Origin: Octopus sinensis
Lineage: Eukaryota
Assembly (NCBI RefSeq): GCF_006345805.1
Contig: NW_021832223.1
Coordinates: 1 to 64,000 of the forward strand
DNA: 64,000 nucleotides
Direction of reading: 5' to 3'
The notes beneath the pieces were generated by a model, which saw nothing but the letters and a program-made list of their open reading frames with translations, was not told the DNA's origin and did not search any database. Made by a program: the position numbers and the translations under genes. Every line of letters begins with the position of its first letter. Within the stretch, counting starts at the first letter, position 1. Below, piece by piece: positions 50,701-64,000 of the stretch.

Positions 50701-50992
50701 CTCGACCGTTCGGCTCAGACAAACTTGCTCATTTCCGTTCTGGTCATCACTCCTCATTAAACCACTATGCGCACAAAATGGACATCTCGATCTCCCCCTT
50801 TTGTCCCATTTGCCATGCTGACGAGCACACAACCGCCCATCTATTCCGCTGTCCTGGTCTTCTTTCGCTCCGTAAAAAATTTGCCATTCACTCCCCGGAG
50901 GTCCTATGGGACCAACCTGGAGGGAGCTGTTGTTTCTGCAAGCTGCTGGTCTCATAACTTAATGTGAGATCGGGGGTTATGCAACAACAACA
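47767..50992 (+). mobile_element. Near-full-length Vingi-like LINE, family B (frameshifted)
   Basis: TSD ACTCC(A/C)AATCTTA, 12/13 match (47754-47766, 50993-51005); ribozyme; 2A LFLSGDIEPNPGP (47946-47984); APE; RT; C-terminal CPIC...H...C motif; (CAA)n tail. Confidence 0.92.
47779..47846 (+). ncRNA. HDV-like self-cleaving ribozyme candidate
   Basis: P1 GUCUGUC/GGUAGAU with G1-U, P2 10-bp perfect, P3 ACC/GGU, L3 UUCUCGC, P1.1 UC/GA, short P4, J4/2 UCGAAAA. Confidence 0.85.
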
Positions 50993-51029
50993 ACTCCCAA
51001 TCTTATTCTCAATGTAATCCATCATTTGG

Positions 51030-51300
51030 TACCTACATCACTTCACTCAACTACAAATATTTTTTTGAATTGTTCGGCTAGTTCATTTTGAAGCACTAAC
51101 TTCGATAGAATTCATCAACCTTTTCTGGCATTTCTTGAGTATTCAAAACAAATTTGAGTTTTCTGTTTACATCCACCACAGAATTCTTAATTTCACTCAA
51201 TTTGGTCTCCATTCCAGTCAATCTGTAAAATTGTACCAAATATTACAATACGTTTAAAACTTAGCAGTGGAAGATGATTTAGGCGGATTAAACTCGTTAT
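51030..51300 (-). CDS. Possible 3' exons of an unknown gene
   Basis: Open block LTGMETKLSEIKNSVVDVNRKLKF...EFYR with a 23-nt GT-AG intron before the last exon; upstream exons unresolved. Confidence 0.3.
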
Positions 51301-52509
51301 TTGGTAAAGAGGTTGAAAAGTAGAATGCCTGAAAGTTTCAACTATCACCAGAATGTGGAAAGCCTGTCAGATTTGATTTAAACGTAACATCTGATTATAC
51401 CGAAACAAAAATTTGAGCTCCCCTGGATAAGGAAGACGCTCTTTGATCTTTTATTTGAGAACTAAGTGGACGGTTTAAAAATTGAAAGCTAGCCGTAACT
51501 TTTATTTAGCTAAATTTCATATTTATGTTTGTTTAGTGTTTGGTCAGGCATGTAAGAGTTTCTTTTTATGATAGTTTTTTAAATACAACTGGCTCTGACA
51601 GCCTGGTGTTTTAGGAACCGGTGGATGATGTTGTTTATCCATTAGAAGTTCTCTTTGGGGTTTGCCAATAATACATGTATCAATGTCTAATAATTATTCC
51701 AATGTGTTTAATTAACAAAAAGTAGTTTAACAATAAAGGAGAATGCCTATTGACTGATAGCAGGAAAACATACCGATGCTAAAATGAGTTGCCGGTAAAA
51801 GTGATTGACCAGCAGTATTAAAACAGAGTATGGTTTTAAACAAACAAAATCAGAGCAATACTGCAAATCTCACAAAAACTGGCAAATTTTCCATTTCTAA
51901 ATTTTTAATCCAGTTCTTATTCCAAAGAAACATTACGTCCCTGCGAAGAACCGCAAGCTGGGTCCTTACATCTGTAAATCGAACTCGAAAAACGGGAGAA
52001 GTGTGAAAAGTTACCTGGCACGTGGAAAAGGGCAATTAAACTGTATCTGCGGAGGAATATGTTCAAAAGAATGTGAATAACTTGATCAATTTCTATCCAA
52101 AAAATATCACATAAAAAATACAGGAAATTTGATGAACTTCAAACAGAAGACTGAAGAAACGGTCATCACCTCTCTAGATAAACCGACTTTAATGCCCACG
52201 GTCTCTAAATCTTTTGTTAAATAGCTTCTAATAATCTTCAGATCATTTGGCACAGTTCTTTTTATCTATGTCCTCTTTTCCAAAAATGTCCTCCACCTGG
52301 TTATAGATCAAATTCAGAACTATGCAGCAGTGACCGAGGGTGGCTACCTCTATATTGAGACTAGACAATAGGAAGGTCACTCACTAGAGCATTGAACACC
52401 CGCCCGTGTAGGCCAGTTTGATGAGATAAAAAATTGATTGAAAAAATATTTTTTATTGATTCAAATATTAAAAGTTAATATTCTCAATTAGATATCCCCG
52501 ACAAGTCCG

Positions 52510-53640
52510 TCATTTGGTAAATTTGGACGCTATACAGAAAGAATGCTCCGTCTCTAAAATTATGGAACGAATTGTCTTCACATGGCTTTCGAACTTTGTA
52601 GAGGAATCAGGTGCACTTGCAGCGGAGCAGTGGGGATTCCGATGAAAAAGATCCTGCGGAGATTGTTTCGGAGAACTCGAGAAAGCCATCTCGCTTAGTC
52701 TTGCAAACAATACAGAGACTATTGTTATCTGCCTCAATGTCTCAAAAGCTTTTGACAGCGTAGGCCACCTGGGCCTCTTGGAAAGTGTCGCCAGAATCAA
52801 ACCCGGGTCTAGAACGGTCAATTGGCTGAAGAGGTATCTATCCATGAGGCGGTCATACATAAGATGTGGGAGCCGAATGTCGGAACCTGTGAATCCCAGA
52901 AGAGGAGTACCCCAATGCTCAGGTTTGAGACCTCTTCTTTTCAATATCTATTTGCCAACATCCCAAACCCAGTCGATCTCAGCAGTCGTCTTATAATCTA
53001 CGTGGACGACGTATTAATAACGGATGTTTGTAGAGAAAAGACATTTCGTAGAGGAAATTGAAAAAGTACGTTTCAAGAGTGGAAGAGTGGTGTATATTCA
53101 AAAGACTGACACACGTTAAAGAAAAGTGCACCGGGACATAGATTGCGAAACGGCGACCAAAACGAAAACCGCCAAGAAATTTCCCTGGGTTTACAGTAAC
53201 TGAGAACCTAAAATACCTTGGGGTTGAAGTTGGATTCAAGGGTTCTTTCAACAAATACATCGATTAGAGAAGGAAATGCGCTCAAATTTCCAGGAGCATA
53301 ATTCACTTCCACCTTTGTCCGGAAACATTTTTATATGTTTATAAAACGTGCGTCGAACCATTGCTTACCTACGGGTTCGAGGGATGGTACCCTACTGCTG
53401 AGAGGGATGGGATTATCGCTAAGCTCGAAAAGACGAGACGATATGCCATCAAATTGGCAAATGGACTCCAGCTGGACCAACCCATCCCTCAAGAGATTGA
53501 AGACGCGACGGAAACGGTTGGAAGTGTTCTCTCAAATCTGAAATTAAACATAAAAAAGAGGGAAACAACGCATAATAGGCATACTTTGTCTCATTAACTT
53601 TTCTCTTTTTTTCGGCTTTTCCTTTTAAATAAATAAATTC
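52510..53640 (+). mobile_element. Degraded Jockey/I-like RT 3' part
   Basis: EQWGFR, NVSKAFDSV, RGVPQ, IIYVDD, KYLGV; related to the 15676 ORF. Confidence 0.8.
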
Positions 53641-55599
53641 ATTCACACAGAAAAAAATAATTAAGAATGTCATATTTGATTAAAACAATGCTATTAAAGA
53701 GGAAATTTCGTTTTTCATCTTGAAAGGCTGTCAATATCCAAATACTGTAACAAATATGGATATTGAACAAATGATGGCATATCAGACAGCCTCAGCAATA
53801 TGCTTGCACAGACATATGTTTAGTTATTTTTTATATGGACAAATTTTTAATAAATGATATTGTTGAAAGTATCCATTCTCTGGAGTATTAAGTTTTTAAG
53901 TTTTAAGCAAGTCATTGTAGCATGAAAAGACGGGTTGAATTATAAAATGACAAATTCGATTATTATAAAATTCGAATTCGGTCCGGATATTGTAAAATCG
54001 GTTTAGAGAAAAACCTCGCAAAGTAGTATTAAAAAAAGTGCCGTTAAAAAAATTAAAATAATAAAATCAAACATTGAAAAATAAGTAAAAGAAAGAAATC
54101 GAAAAATATCACTAAAATAATGAAATTTTAGTTAACGTGAAACTGCTAAATTATATCCACGTGGTAATCTGGGATTAATGTGATTTTGAAAATTTCTCCA
54201 TCAAATTTATAAGTACCAGAAAAACAAACTCATATATGAATAATCAAATCAAAAACAACATTAGATGCTAGCTAGGTAAGAGAATAGTTGAGAGCCTAAT
54301 GACGCTACGCTGGATATTGATATTACCCGAGTATTTACATAACACATGAAAAATGTATAATCTATCATTGGATGCCTTATTTATTTAAACTCCAAGACCA
54401 TGGTAGAAACCGGACAAATATTCACGTGATCCCGATGCACTCTACCAGGAACCTTATCCTCGCTCGGGAACTTCCCACGAGCCCACACAACATCGCACAT
54501 CGCACTCGGTTTCGCTGTGACATTGACGGCAATCTATAGTTCTCTAACGTTCGGGTCTCCTCGACTCTCCTCCTGTTGATTCAAGATAGCAGCGGTCCCC
54601 ATGATTGGCAGGCGTACGATATGGATGGTCCAAAGTATTGGCGATAAATTTTTGCCAATACAGAAATGAGAACCATAATCTGGATAAATTTCTACATTAT
54701 TCAAAGTTACTACACTATGTTTAGCTTATTTTTAAAGGAAGGCTTAATAAATTAAAGCACGCTGATACGCGCGGTTGATTTATTTTGTTACTATTTATAT
54801 GTATTTTTCTACATGCTTATTTAATTTGATTTGGAAGGAAAAAATAGTATTTACTGATTCAGAATTTTAAATTTTGTTATTTTTATGATTTATTTTGATT
54901 TTATTCCTTCGGAGTCAATTTTTTATCATTTTGACATAATGAACCGATAATGATTCTATGGTGGATTTCTCCATTGGGTTTTTTGAAAGCAAGTAACCTT
55001 GGGGAGAGGAGCAATTATCTGACATATTCTGGGATGTTGCCGCTAACCATTTTTCTGATTAGGTTCGTAATTGATTTGATAAGACAGCGTTGGAAGTGGA
55101 GGTAAGGTCTTTAATATGGCCAGGAAGTAACCCTTCCAAGCCTCCGACGTTGCCAGCGGCAAAGAAATAAATTCCGTGTCGCACTTTTTGTTCGATAATG
55201 ATACTCTCCTGGTTCCTTCAGGATTCAAAAACTTTTCATAGTCAGTCGGTGCTTCTACTTCAATTTATTGAGGACATCTTTGGGGTATGCCCTCTGCTTT
55301 TGACCTCATTGACATTAAGTGGCTGTTCAAGTATTGTGGTCACGTGTGTGAAAAAATAAGGATCTACTCGAACAAAATTTAAAGATCCAGCAGTAATGAA
55401 CAGGGTGAAGTTGATTATTGTTTATTTTAAAGTAAAATTTACAAAATATTAAATTAATCGGGAAAAATAAAATTGAATAATTTAAACGTTACGGACCGGC
55501 TTTTCAAATAAAATTGAATAGCATTAGCCTCACAAGAAATACTATGGCGAATTGGATTTCGGATATTGCCACTGATTTTCATAATTAACTAAAGACGAA

Positions 55600-55860
55600 A
55601 ATCAGTTCATTGACGAGAGTGCTAACATTATGGATGTGATTCAGTTAGCTATATTCATTCGTGAAATGGACGAAAATCTGACGATCACAGAAGAGTTTTT
55701 TGATTTGATACCTGTGACGAACACCAATACGGCAAATGAAATATTCAAATCTTTCGTCAGTGTGTTGGATTACTTTGGAGTGGAATGGGCTGTTAGTGTG
55801 GCTACAGATTGTGCTCCGTCAATGATTTGCAAAAACTGTCGTTTGGACACTTTTTGAATT
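55600..55860 (+). mobile_element. hAT (GTF2IRD2-like) transposase fragment
   Basis: DVIQLAIFIR...ITEEF...SVATDCAPSM. Confidence 0.75.
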
Positions 55861-56722
55861 TGATCGTTATACCCATTTTCTGACATTATTGAATATAAAT
55901 TCGACAGCTTTCTGGAATTTGACAAGACATGTTTGACTGATTTGACAGCAAAGATTATCCTCGAATAATAAATTATAATTGCCCTTTCGTTATTAGTTTA
56001 GAATGGGAAAAGTACCTAATGGGCCTATGAACTGGATCATTATTGTTCTGACATCTTTTTCCAGTTCTGTGATCTTTACTTGGGACAACTGTGACATCAA
56101 TTTGTGATTATTATAACTTTATTGAATTGACAAACTTGTCTACGATTGTCTTATTTTCAAAAGACAGGAAATTGCTATTGTTATTTTCCACAGTTTTGTT
56201 AAAGTGAAAAGCAAAAATTTAATCGATCTTAGCCGGATACAAGATATGATTGCCTTTAGCAAAATTGGCTTTCCAACACGTTCTTTCCTTTTTAGTTTTA
56301 AAGTTGTAACATTAGACTTTAACTAATAGGGAAATCTGGGATTTCATGCCTAAAATCATGTTTGCTGTAATCATACATGTACTCAGTCAAGGCATCATTG
56401 ATCTCTGCATCAAGTATTTCCAACTTACGTATGTTGTCCCGTTCAGTGAGGTTAGCTTAGTAGTCAGAAACCCTTTGAGATTATTTCAGGAATCTGACTT
56501 AGCGTTAATTTTTCCTATGACTTTTAACACATCGAGTTTGCGCAAGAGAAGCAGTCAAAAAAAACAGTTGTGATTCCACGATAGACTTTTAGAGATCTTG
56601 GTCGGTAGGGTATTTGTTAGGAAGACTTTATTAATTTGTTTGATAAGGAAAAGAATAGACGACCTATGTCGTTATATAGGGGTGAGGAATAGACAATTAT
56701 AACACTCCCTATTATTATAATA

Positions 56723-59700
56723 CTAGCTCAGCAGTTCGCTTCGCTCACTGCGAGCTAGCTCCTGCGGAGGCCCTGCTCGCTACGCTCGCAGTTCCTTCTT
56801 AAATAAGTATAAATTTATGTAGATATATAATGCGACCTGCTTTGATATAACCTTATTCTAAGGCCTGTGGATAAACGATGTTTGCAGTCCGTCCATCCTT
56901 GGCAAATATAATAAATTTTCTCTTCTACCTACCCTTGAGCACCCCACATACAGCTGGCCATGTGAAAAGCACTCGTTCTCTAAAAATAAGCCTACTACCT
57001 TTAAAGACTGTCCCTGGGCCTTGTTTATTGTCATAGCAAAATTATCTTCAGCGGAAATTGTAGTCTCTTAAATCTAAAAGGTAATTCTTCCGAAATCAGA
57101 GGTATTCGTGGGATATAAACATCCTCACCTCTGTAATTACCTGTTAATATTGTCGCTTCTATTACGTTAGCCATCAAATTCTTGATAACCAACCTTGTAC
57201 CATTGCATAATTTAGGTGGCGCAAGATTGCGGAGTAACACAACCGGTACACCTATTTTTAATTTCAATAGATGATTCGGCATTCCAGATGGATCTAAGGA
57301 ATTTAAAAATTCTACAGGATATTCGCAGGCCCTTTCATGGTCCATAATAACGTCGACCGATTTATATATTCTTTCTCTGCCAGGGATTTTCATTAATAAA
57401 TCTAAATTTATATTAAGTACCTCATCATTAAGTGGAGCTAATATAGCTCGTTCACGCAGCCAGTCGAAATTCACGTAGTGTTCAGATAGTTCGGAATAGA
57501 CGGCATTCAATAATTCTTCTGCTGTTTCTACGAAAATACATAATTCTTCCGGTAGCCTAATTTTCTGGTCTTGCATTTCTGAAGTGATTGCCCATTTCCA
57601 ATATCTAGAAGGATTTGTGGGAATATGCTATTAACGCCTTGTAAATGTGCACGTACATTACATCTAAGCTTACCTTTTTCACGTGTGTCCACAAATATGA
57701 CGATTTGAGGCAGGCATTCAATTCATCCGCAGGCGTCCCTCTTTGAATAATTGGCAGCGTCTGTCTAAAATCACCTGCCAATACAACTATTGCTCCCCCA
57801 AATAAATGGTCGCTACAATTCTTGATATCTCTATATGTTCGATCAACTGCTTCGAATGCGCCTTTATGAGCCATCGTACATTCATCCCAAACAATTAACT
57901 AGAATGCATAATTCTATTACCCGTAGTTGATTTTTTTTTTACATTACAAACCGGTTCAGTAGTATATGAGAGATTCAACGGAATGTTGAATGTCGAATGT
58001 GCGGTTCGACCGCCATCTAAAAGAGTTGCAGCAATTCCAGAAGATGCAACTGCTAAAGCTAGTTTATTTTCGCTTCTGACCTTAGCTAATAATAGATTTA
58101 GAAGATAGGTCTTACCTGTTCCACCCGGTGCATCAATAAAAATGATAGAACCGTTTTCTTCTTGGATGACTCGATTAATTTCTCTGTATACCTCCAACTG
58201 GCCAGTGGTTAAGCTTTGTTCTCTTTCTTCCACTATTGTTCGAAGTTCTTCTAAATTATAATGCTCATCAAATGAATTAATATTATGAATATCGCTGATT
58301 ATAAAACCAAATTCACCTACACTCTTACCAACGATAGATATTAGCAATCTATCTATCATGATTAATCCAATGTTGAAAATCTCTGCATCGAAACTCAATC
58401 TATTCTTCTCTCTTAATATATCTTCACACATGCTTTCTCGGTGACCTTCCCACAGTTGTTGTGGATTTGCTAACCCACAATGGGCTAGCATCAAAGTAAA
58501 TAAATACCTTAGTCGCGATGGGGAATCTGCAAGTTCAGCTTCTGTTAAAGTCTGATTCCAGTGATTATCATCCTCTAAAAGACCTAATTTAAAACAGGCT
58601 TCTCTGTATGTTTCGCAGAGTACTCCATCTACAGTCCGTAGATCAGTGAAAGATTCTGGCCCTCGTACGGTGTGCAAAAGTAACCTAACACAATAACATT
58701 CAAAATTTTATCTGTTTGCATTGTTTTCATTTGATTTTAAGTTTTGCATTTTTTAATGTTTTTTGGTATATTAATTTTTTTGTGCATTTTTTAAGTCGAG
58801 GACTTTCTTGTTGTTCATTTTAACAAAAACGCAGAAAATAATTTTGTTTAATTTTTTGGCTCGAAGGTTTTGGGGGACCACACCATGTGAGTCGAAGACT
58901 TTCTTATTGTTCATTTTAACAAAAACGCAGAAAATAATTGTTTTAATTTTTTGACTTGAAGGTTTTGGGGGACCTCATCATCGAGGATATTCTTTCTTAT
59001 TAAAATTTTTTGACAGGAAGGTTCTTAGAGGATATCAACCTTTTATTGTGCCTCATTATCGAATAACTACAAAAGGGAAGGTTTTGACAATTTGATCTGG
59101 TTTGTAACAATTTGAATGTGGGTGTGCACAGACAGACAGACAGACACACAGACAGACACACACCATACCATTTTATTATTAAGAGCTCGAAGGTTTTGGG
59201 GGACCACACCATGTGAGTCGAGGACTTTCTTATTGTTCATTTTAACAAAAACGCAGAAAATAATTTGTTTTTAATTTTTTGACTTGAAGGTTTTGGGGGA
59301 CCTCATCGTCGAGGATATTCTTTCTTATTAAAATTTTTTGACAGGAAGGTTCTTAGAGGAATATCAACCTTTTATTGTGCCTCATTATCGAATAACTACA
59401 AAAGGGAAGGTTTTGACAATTTGATCTGGTTGGTAACATTTGAATGTGGGTGTGCACAGACAGACAGACAGACACACAGACAGACAGACAGACACACACC
59501 ATACCATTTTATTATTTTAAGATTTCTATTGTTGTTTTTTTCTTTTTATAGTGTTTTATTTTTCTCTTTGGATTTTTCGATTTTATATCATTTTTTTAAT
59601 TTTTTTTTAATTTTTCTTTAATTTTTTCTATTTTTCTTTATTATTTTTTATTTTTGTTTAATTTTTTTAATTTTTTTTAATTTTGTTTATTTTTCTTTAT

Positions 59701-61816
59701 TATTTTTATTTTTGTTTAATTTTGTTTAATTTTTCTTTATCATTTTGTATTTTTTTAAATTTTTAAATTTTTCTTTATATTTTCTTATTATTCTTTATTT
59801 TTCTTTAAATTTTCTTTAATTTTTTTTGTATTTCTTTAATTTTTTTTCTTTATTTTTTATTTTTTTTCTTTATTTTTTTATTTTTTTAATTTTCATCATT
59901 TTTTTGATTTGTATTTCTTTATTTTTCTTTAAATTTTCTTTAATTTTTTTTGTATTTCTTTAATTTTTTTTCTTTATTTTTTTATTTTTTTTCTTATTTT
60001 TTTTTTTATTTTTTAATTTTCATCATTTTTTTAATTTGTATTTTTTATTTTTCTTTAAATTTTCTTTAATTTTTTGTATTTCTTTAATTTTTTTTCATAA
60101 TTTTTTTTATTTTTTTAATTTTCATCATTTTTTTGATTTGTATTTTCTTCTATTTTTGTAGGGGGGATGGGGGGGAGTATTTTTGATTTTTGAGCTTAAA
60201 AAACAAAATAAATTAGAATCAACAGTCACATAACACACCACGAGTAGTTATTTAACAGATTTAAGAACGATAAGATAGATAATTAAAACAGGCATACCCA
60301 AATAAATTTAAAGTTAACGCAAAAACAGAAATAAATAGTTAATATTTCTACGCGTTTTCGCATAAATGTCTTGTCAATAGATAATCAATTATGTAAATCT
60401 TTATTAAAATTTGCTTTTTACTTTTAATTTAAAGATTAGCATACTTGAGGTTGTCAGTTTCGGCGATTAAAAAGATAATAAGCCACTTTTTTGAGATATT
60501 ATAAGGAAAGATTTGAATAAAGGTAAATGTAATTTAGATGACTAATTTGAATTTTAATTGGCTCTATCTTTTAAGGCATTTAAACATTAGCATTATAGAC
60601 CTTGTTAAATTGCATAAATTCATTATTAAATTCTAAATTATTTGACTGGAAGGGATTATATATTTAATTGGTATGCAATTCTATTCAGATTGCCTCTTTT
60701 GGCTGGAAGGGATTATATATTAAATTTGCTATGCAATTCTATTCAAATTGCCTCTAACATAAACAGGCCTTAAAGCTTTTTTTAAATTGAACATGTAAAT
60801 TTTGGCGATCGAAAAACAGTAATTAGCTTCATCTTTTGTGTATTATAAGGAAGAAGAGTACAGATAGTCAATTCAAGGTAATTTATAAATGGCAATTTGT
60901 AATTTAGATGTCTAATATGAACGAATATCATTAAAAAAATATTTTAGAAAAAATACGTATTAAATTTTTAAGTACAAAATTGGTTTTCTTTATTGTTGTT
61001 CATTTTTTTTATCTGTTTGCATTGTTTTCATTTGATTTTAAGTTTTGCATTTTTTAATGTTTTTTGGTATATATAATTTTTGTGCATTTTTTAGTCGAGG
61101 ACTTTCTTGTTGTTCATTTTAACAAAAACGCAGAAAATAATTTTGTTTAATTTTTTGGCTCGAAGGTTTTGGGGGACCACACCATGTGAGTCGAGGACTT
61201 TCTTATTGTTCATTTTAACAAAAACGCAGAAAATAATTGTTTTTAATTTTTTGACTTGAAGGTTTTGGGGGACCTCATCATCGAGGATATTCTTTCTTAT
61301 TAAAATTTTTTGACAGGAAGGTTCTTAGAGGATATCAACCTTTTATTGTGCCTCATTATCGAATAACTACAAAAGGGAAGGTTTTGACAATTTGATCTGG
61401 TTTGTAACAATTTGAATGTGGGTGTGCACAGACAGACAGACAGACACCACAGACAGACACACATACCATTTTATTATTAAGAGCTCGAAGGTTTTGGGGG
61501 ACCACACCATGTGAGTCGAGGACTTTCTTATTGTTCATTTTAACAAAAACGCAGAAAATAATTTGTTTTTAATTTTTGACTTGAAGGTTTTGGGGGACCT
61601 CATCGTCGAGGATATTCTTTCTTATTAAAATTTTTTGACAGGAAGGTTCTTAGAGGATATCAACCTTTTATTGTGCCTCATTATCGAATAACTACAAAAG
61701 GGAGGTTTTGACAATTTGATCTGGTTTGTAACAATTTGAATGTGGGTGTGCACAGACAGACAGACAGACACACAGACAGACAGACAGACACACACCATAC
61801 CATTTTATTATTAAGA
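56723..61816 (-). mobile_element. Internally deleted Helitron, 5094 bp
   Basis: 5' A|TC at 61816, 3' CTAG|T at 56723, hairpin 56731-56751; PIF1-type helicase ([40 protein letters not shown]). Confidence 0.9.
56850..58700 (-). pseudogene. Helitron RepHel C-terminal helicase, frameshifted
   Basis: ORFs 57895-58677, 57605-57874 and 57031-57576, followed by QLYVGCSRV near 56940. Confidence 0.9.
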
Positions 61817-62237
61817 TGTCACATGGGTGATCAGACCCCTATGGGCAACCTGGCCTTTACGTGTTTCCATGGCAACTACATAGCAAATATTACTAAAAGG
61901 CCAACACCATTCAAAAACTAAATGATCTCTTCTGCTGTTTCTCCAGGTTCTGCAGCAGATGCTGCAGAGCAAAGAAAAATTGCAAATACGCAAACCTTGG
62001 ACAACGGTACGCTTCGTACCTATCGCTGTGGAGACTTCTGGAATAACCGGCCCTCTTACGACTTCTTTCATCAGAGAAGTCGGAGAAAATGTGTGCTAGG
62101 CGACGTGGGGAGCCTCGAGAAGTGTCATGGTTATTCCAACAAATTGGAATAGCTGTCGTTCGCGGCAATGCACACTCCATCATGCGTGCAACCGCAAGTG
62201 CCTTTTAATCATTGTCTAACTTATTTCAAATCTTCAC

Positions 62238-62280
<43 letters not shown>

Positions 62281-64000
62281 CAACTAATATAAAGACAAAC
62301 GATGCGAACTAATGATTGAACTTTAAATTTTTGAGAAAATGATGTTTTATATTTGAACCATGCTTGCTTTAAAATAGTAAAATTATTTTACAACATTAGC
62401 AAATTATAATGTGAATTATTTTTATTTTTGATAATATAAATTGCAACATTAGCAAATTATAATTTACATCAAATTTTTTGCAAAGTTTGTAACAACTTTA
62501 ACTCTAACCTTAACCCAAACCCTAACGTTGGCAAATGAAAACATAAACATATTCAAAATCTGAATCCTAACCTTAACCCAAACCCTAACGTTGGCAAATG
62601 ACAACATAAATATATTCAAAATCTGAACCCTAACCTTAACCCTAACGTTGGCAAGTGACAACATAAATTTATTCAAAATCTGAACCCTAACCTTAACCCA
62701 AACCCTAACGTAACCCTAACTCGAAATTAAATGATGTTTCTGCTGACGATTCTTCAGACATTTTTGACAAAAATTGGAAGCTTTTTTGGCCAACCGGTGT
62801 TTGCTTCGAGCATTCATATCCTCCGGGAATATACCGATTAACGTTTCCTTAATTTGATTGTATTCGTTAATATTTCTGACGTAACCCTTAAACCCAGACA
62901 TCACAAAGTGTGAGAGACCACGCTGTTAAAATTAATATACTTTTGGGTAAGCCATTTTTAAAAGATAATTCAAATGTAATTTTTAATTAGAATAATTGAT
63001 TAATCTACACTCTTCCATATATAAATTGCTATATTCAATATTTAATACCTTTTCTGCGGTTTCCATAGAAACACGTAAAAGGACTGGCTGCCCATAGCGA
63101 CATAGTCGCCCATGTGACATAATTTTAACAGCGTGGTCTCTCACACTTTGTGATGTCTGGGTTTAAGGGTTACGTCAGAAATATTAACGAATACAATCAA
63201 ATTAAGGAAACGTTAATCGGTATATTCCCGGAGGATATGAATGCTCGAAGCAAACACCGGTTGGCCAAAAAAGCTTCCAATTTTTGTCAAAAAGTCTGAA
63301 GAATCGTCAGCAGAAACATCATTTAATTCGAGTTAGGGTTACGTTAGGGTTTGGGTTAAGGTTAGGGTTCAGATTTTGAATGTCCAAGGCCAGGTTGCCC
63401 ATAGGGGTCTGATCACCCATGTGACAAATTAATATACTTTTGGGTAAGCCATTTTTAAAAGATAATTCAAATGTAATTTTTAATTAGAATAATTGATTAA
63501 TCTACACTCTTCCATATATAAATTGCTATATTCAATATTTAATACCTTTTCTGCGGTTTCCATAGAAACACGTAAAAGGACTGGCTGCCCATAGCGACAT
63601 AGTCGCCCATGTGACATAATATCCTCTTTTTGCTCACTACACATCACTATGATCAGTCTCTTCTACATACACTTGCCCACTCCTCGAAACCTCCGAATGT
63701 TCATCTGAACTCCACTGGTATGATCCAAATGACGCCTTCTTCGCGAAACATTTCTCTCCAATCAAACCCTTCCTCTTGGACGAGTTGAGATGGATAGGCT
63801 GACTGACGAACAGACATTTTTCAGCCAACAGATCAGCCTCCTCGCAGACCGGAATGACCACTTCCATTCTCCGACGTAGAAAACTCCATTCACTTTTACT
63901 AAGTGACTCTCCTCCCACTTCACTCGTTGTGATCTCCTTGGCGTAGTCCACTCGGTCAGTTTGGGAGGCACAGTCTCTGGTGTGCGAGGAATTTCCAAAA
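58649..64000. repeat. Second copy of the 5.36-kb repeat
   Basis: Colinear with 1-5364. Confidence 0.97.
61817..63616. mobile_element. TGT...ACA fold-back element (copy of 3180-4981), containing CRE insert 61906-62277
   Basis: TSD TAATA at 56718-56722 and 63617-63621. Confidence 0.8.

Noticed and set aside
52325-52420. tRNA/SINE-like start GCAGTGACCGAG
   Set aside because: No B-box or cloverleaf found.

Overview
AT-rich eukaryotic DNA made mostly of nested, largely decayed transposons, with a few host genes whose GT-AG introns are only 23-29 nt. A nicotinic-receptor-like fragment points to a metazoan with a miniaturised genome (dicyemid-like; inference). Host genes are an intact D-2-hydroxyacid dehydrogenase, an S28 peptidase homologue lacking its catalytic Ser, a cathepsin-L-like gene lacking its catalytic Cys and carrying a premature stop, and some unidentified fragments. 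Positions 1-5364 recur at 58649-64000 (period about 58.64 kb). Four Ingi/Vingi-like single-ORF LINEs begin with an HDV-like double pseudoknot followed by a 2A StopGo peptide fused to APE. One pseudoknot is near-canonical; three form a covarying variant with atypical L3 loops. One LINE carries an inserted 5S rRNA copy plus an intron-containing receptor fragment. Also present: four TGT...ACA elements with 5-bp TSDs (one encodes a Ginger2/TDD-type integrase), a 5.1-kb Helitron with tandemly amplified 5' ends, MULE, pogo, Tc1, hAT, CRE, RTE and Jockey/I-like elements. All calls come from manual reading; no searches were run.
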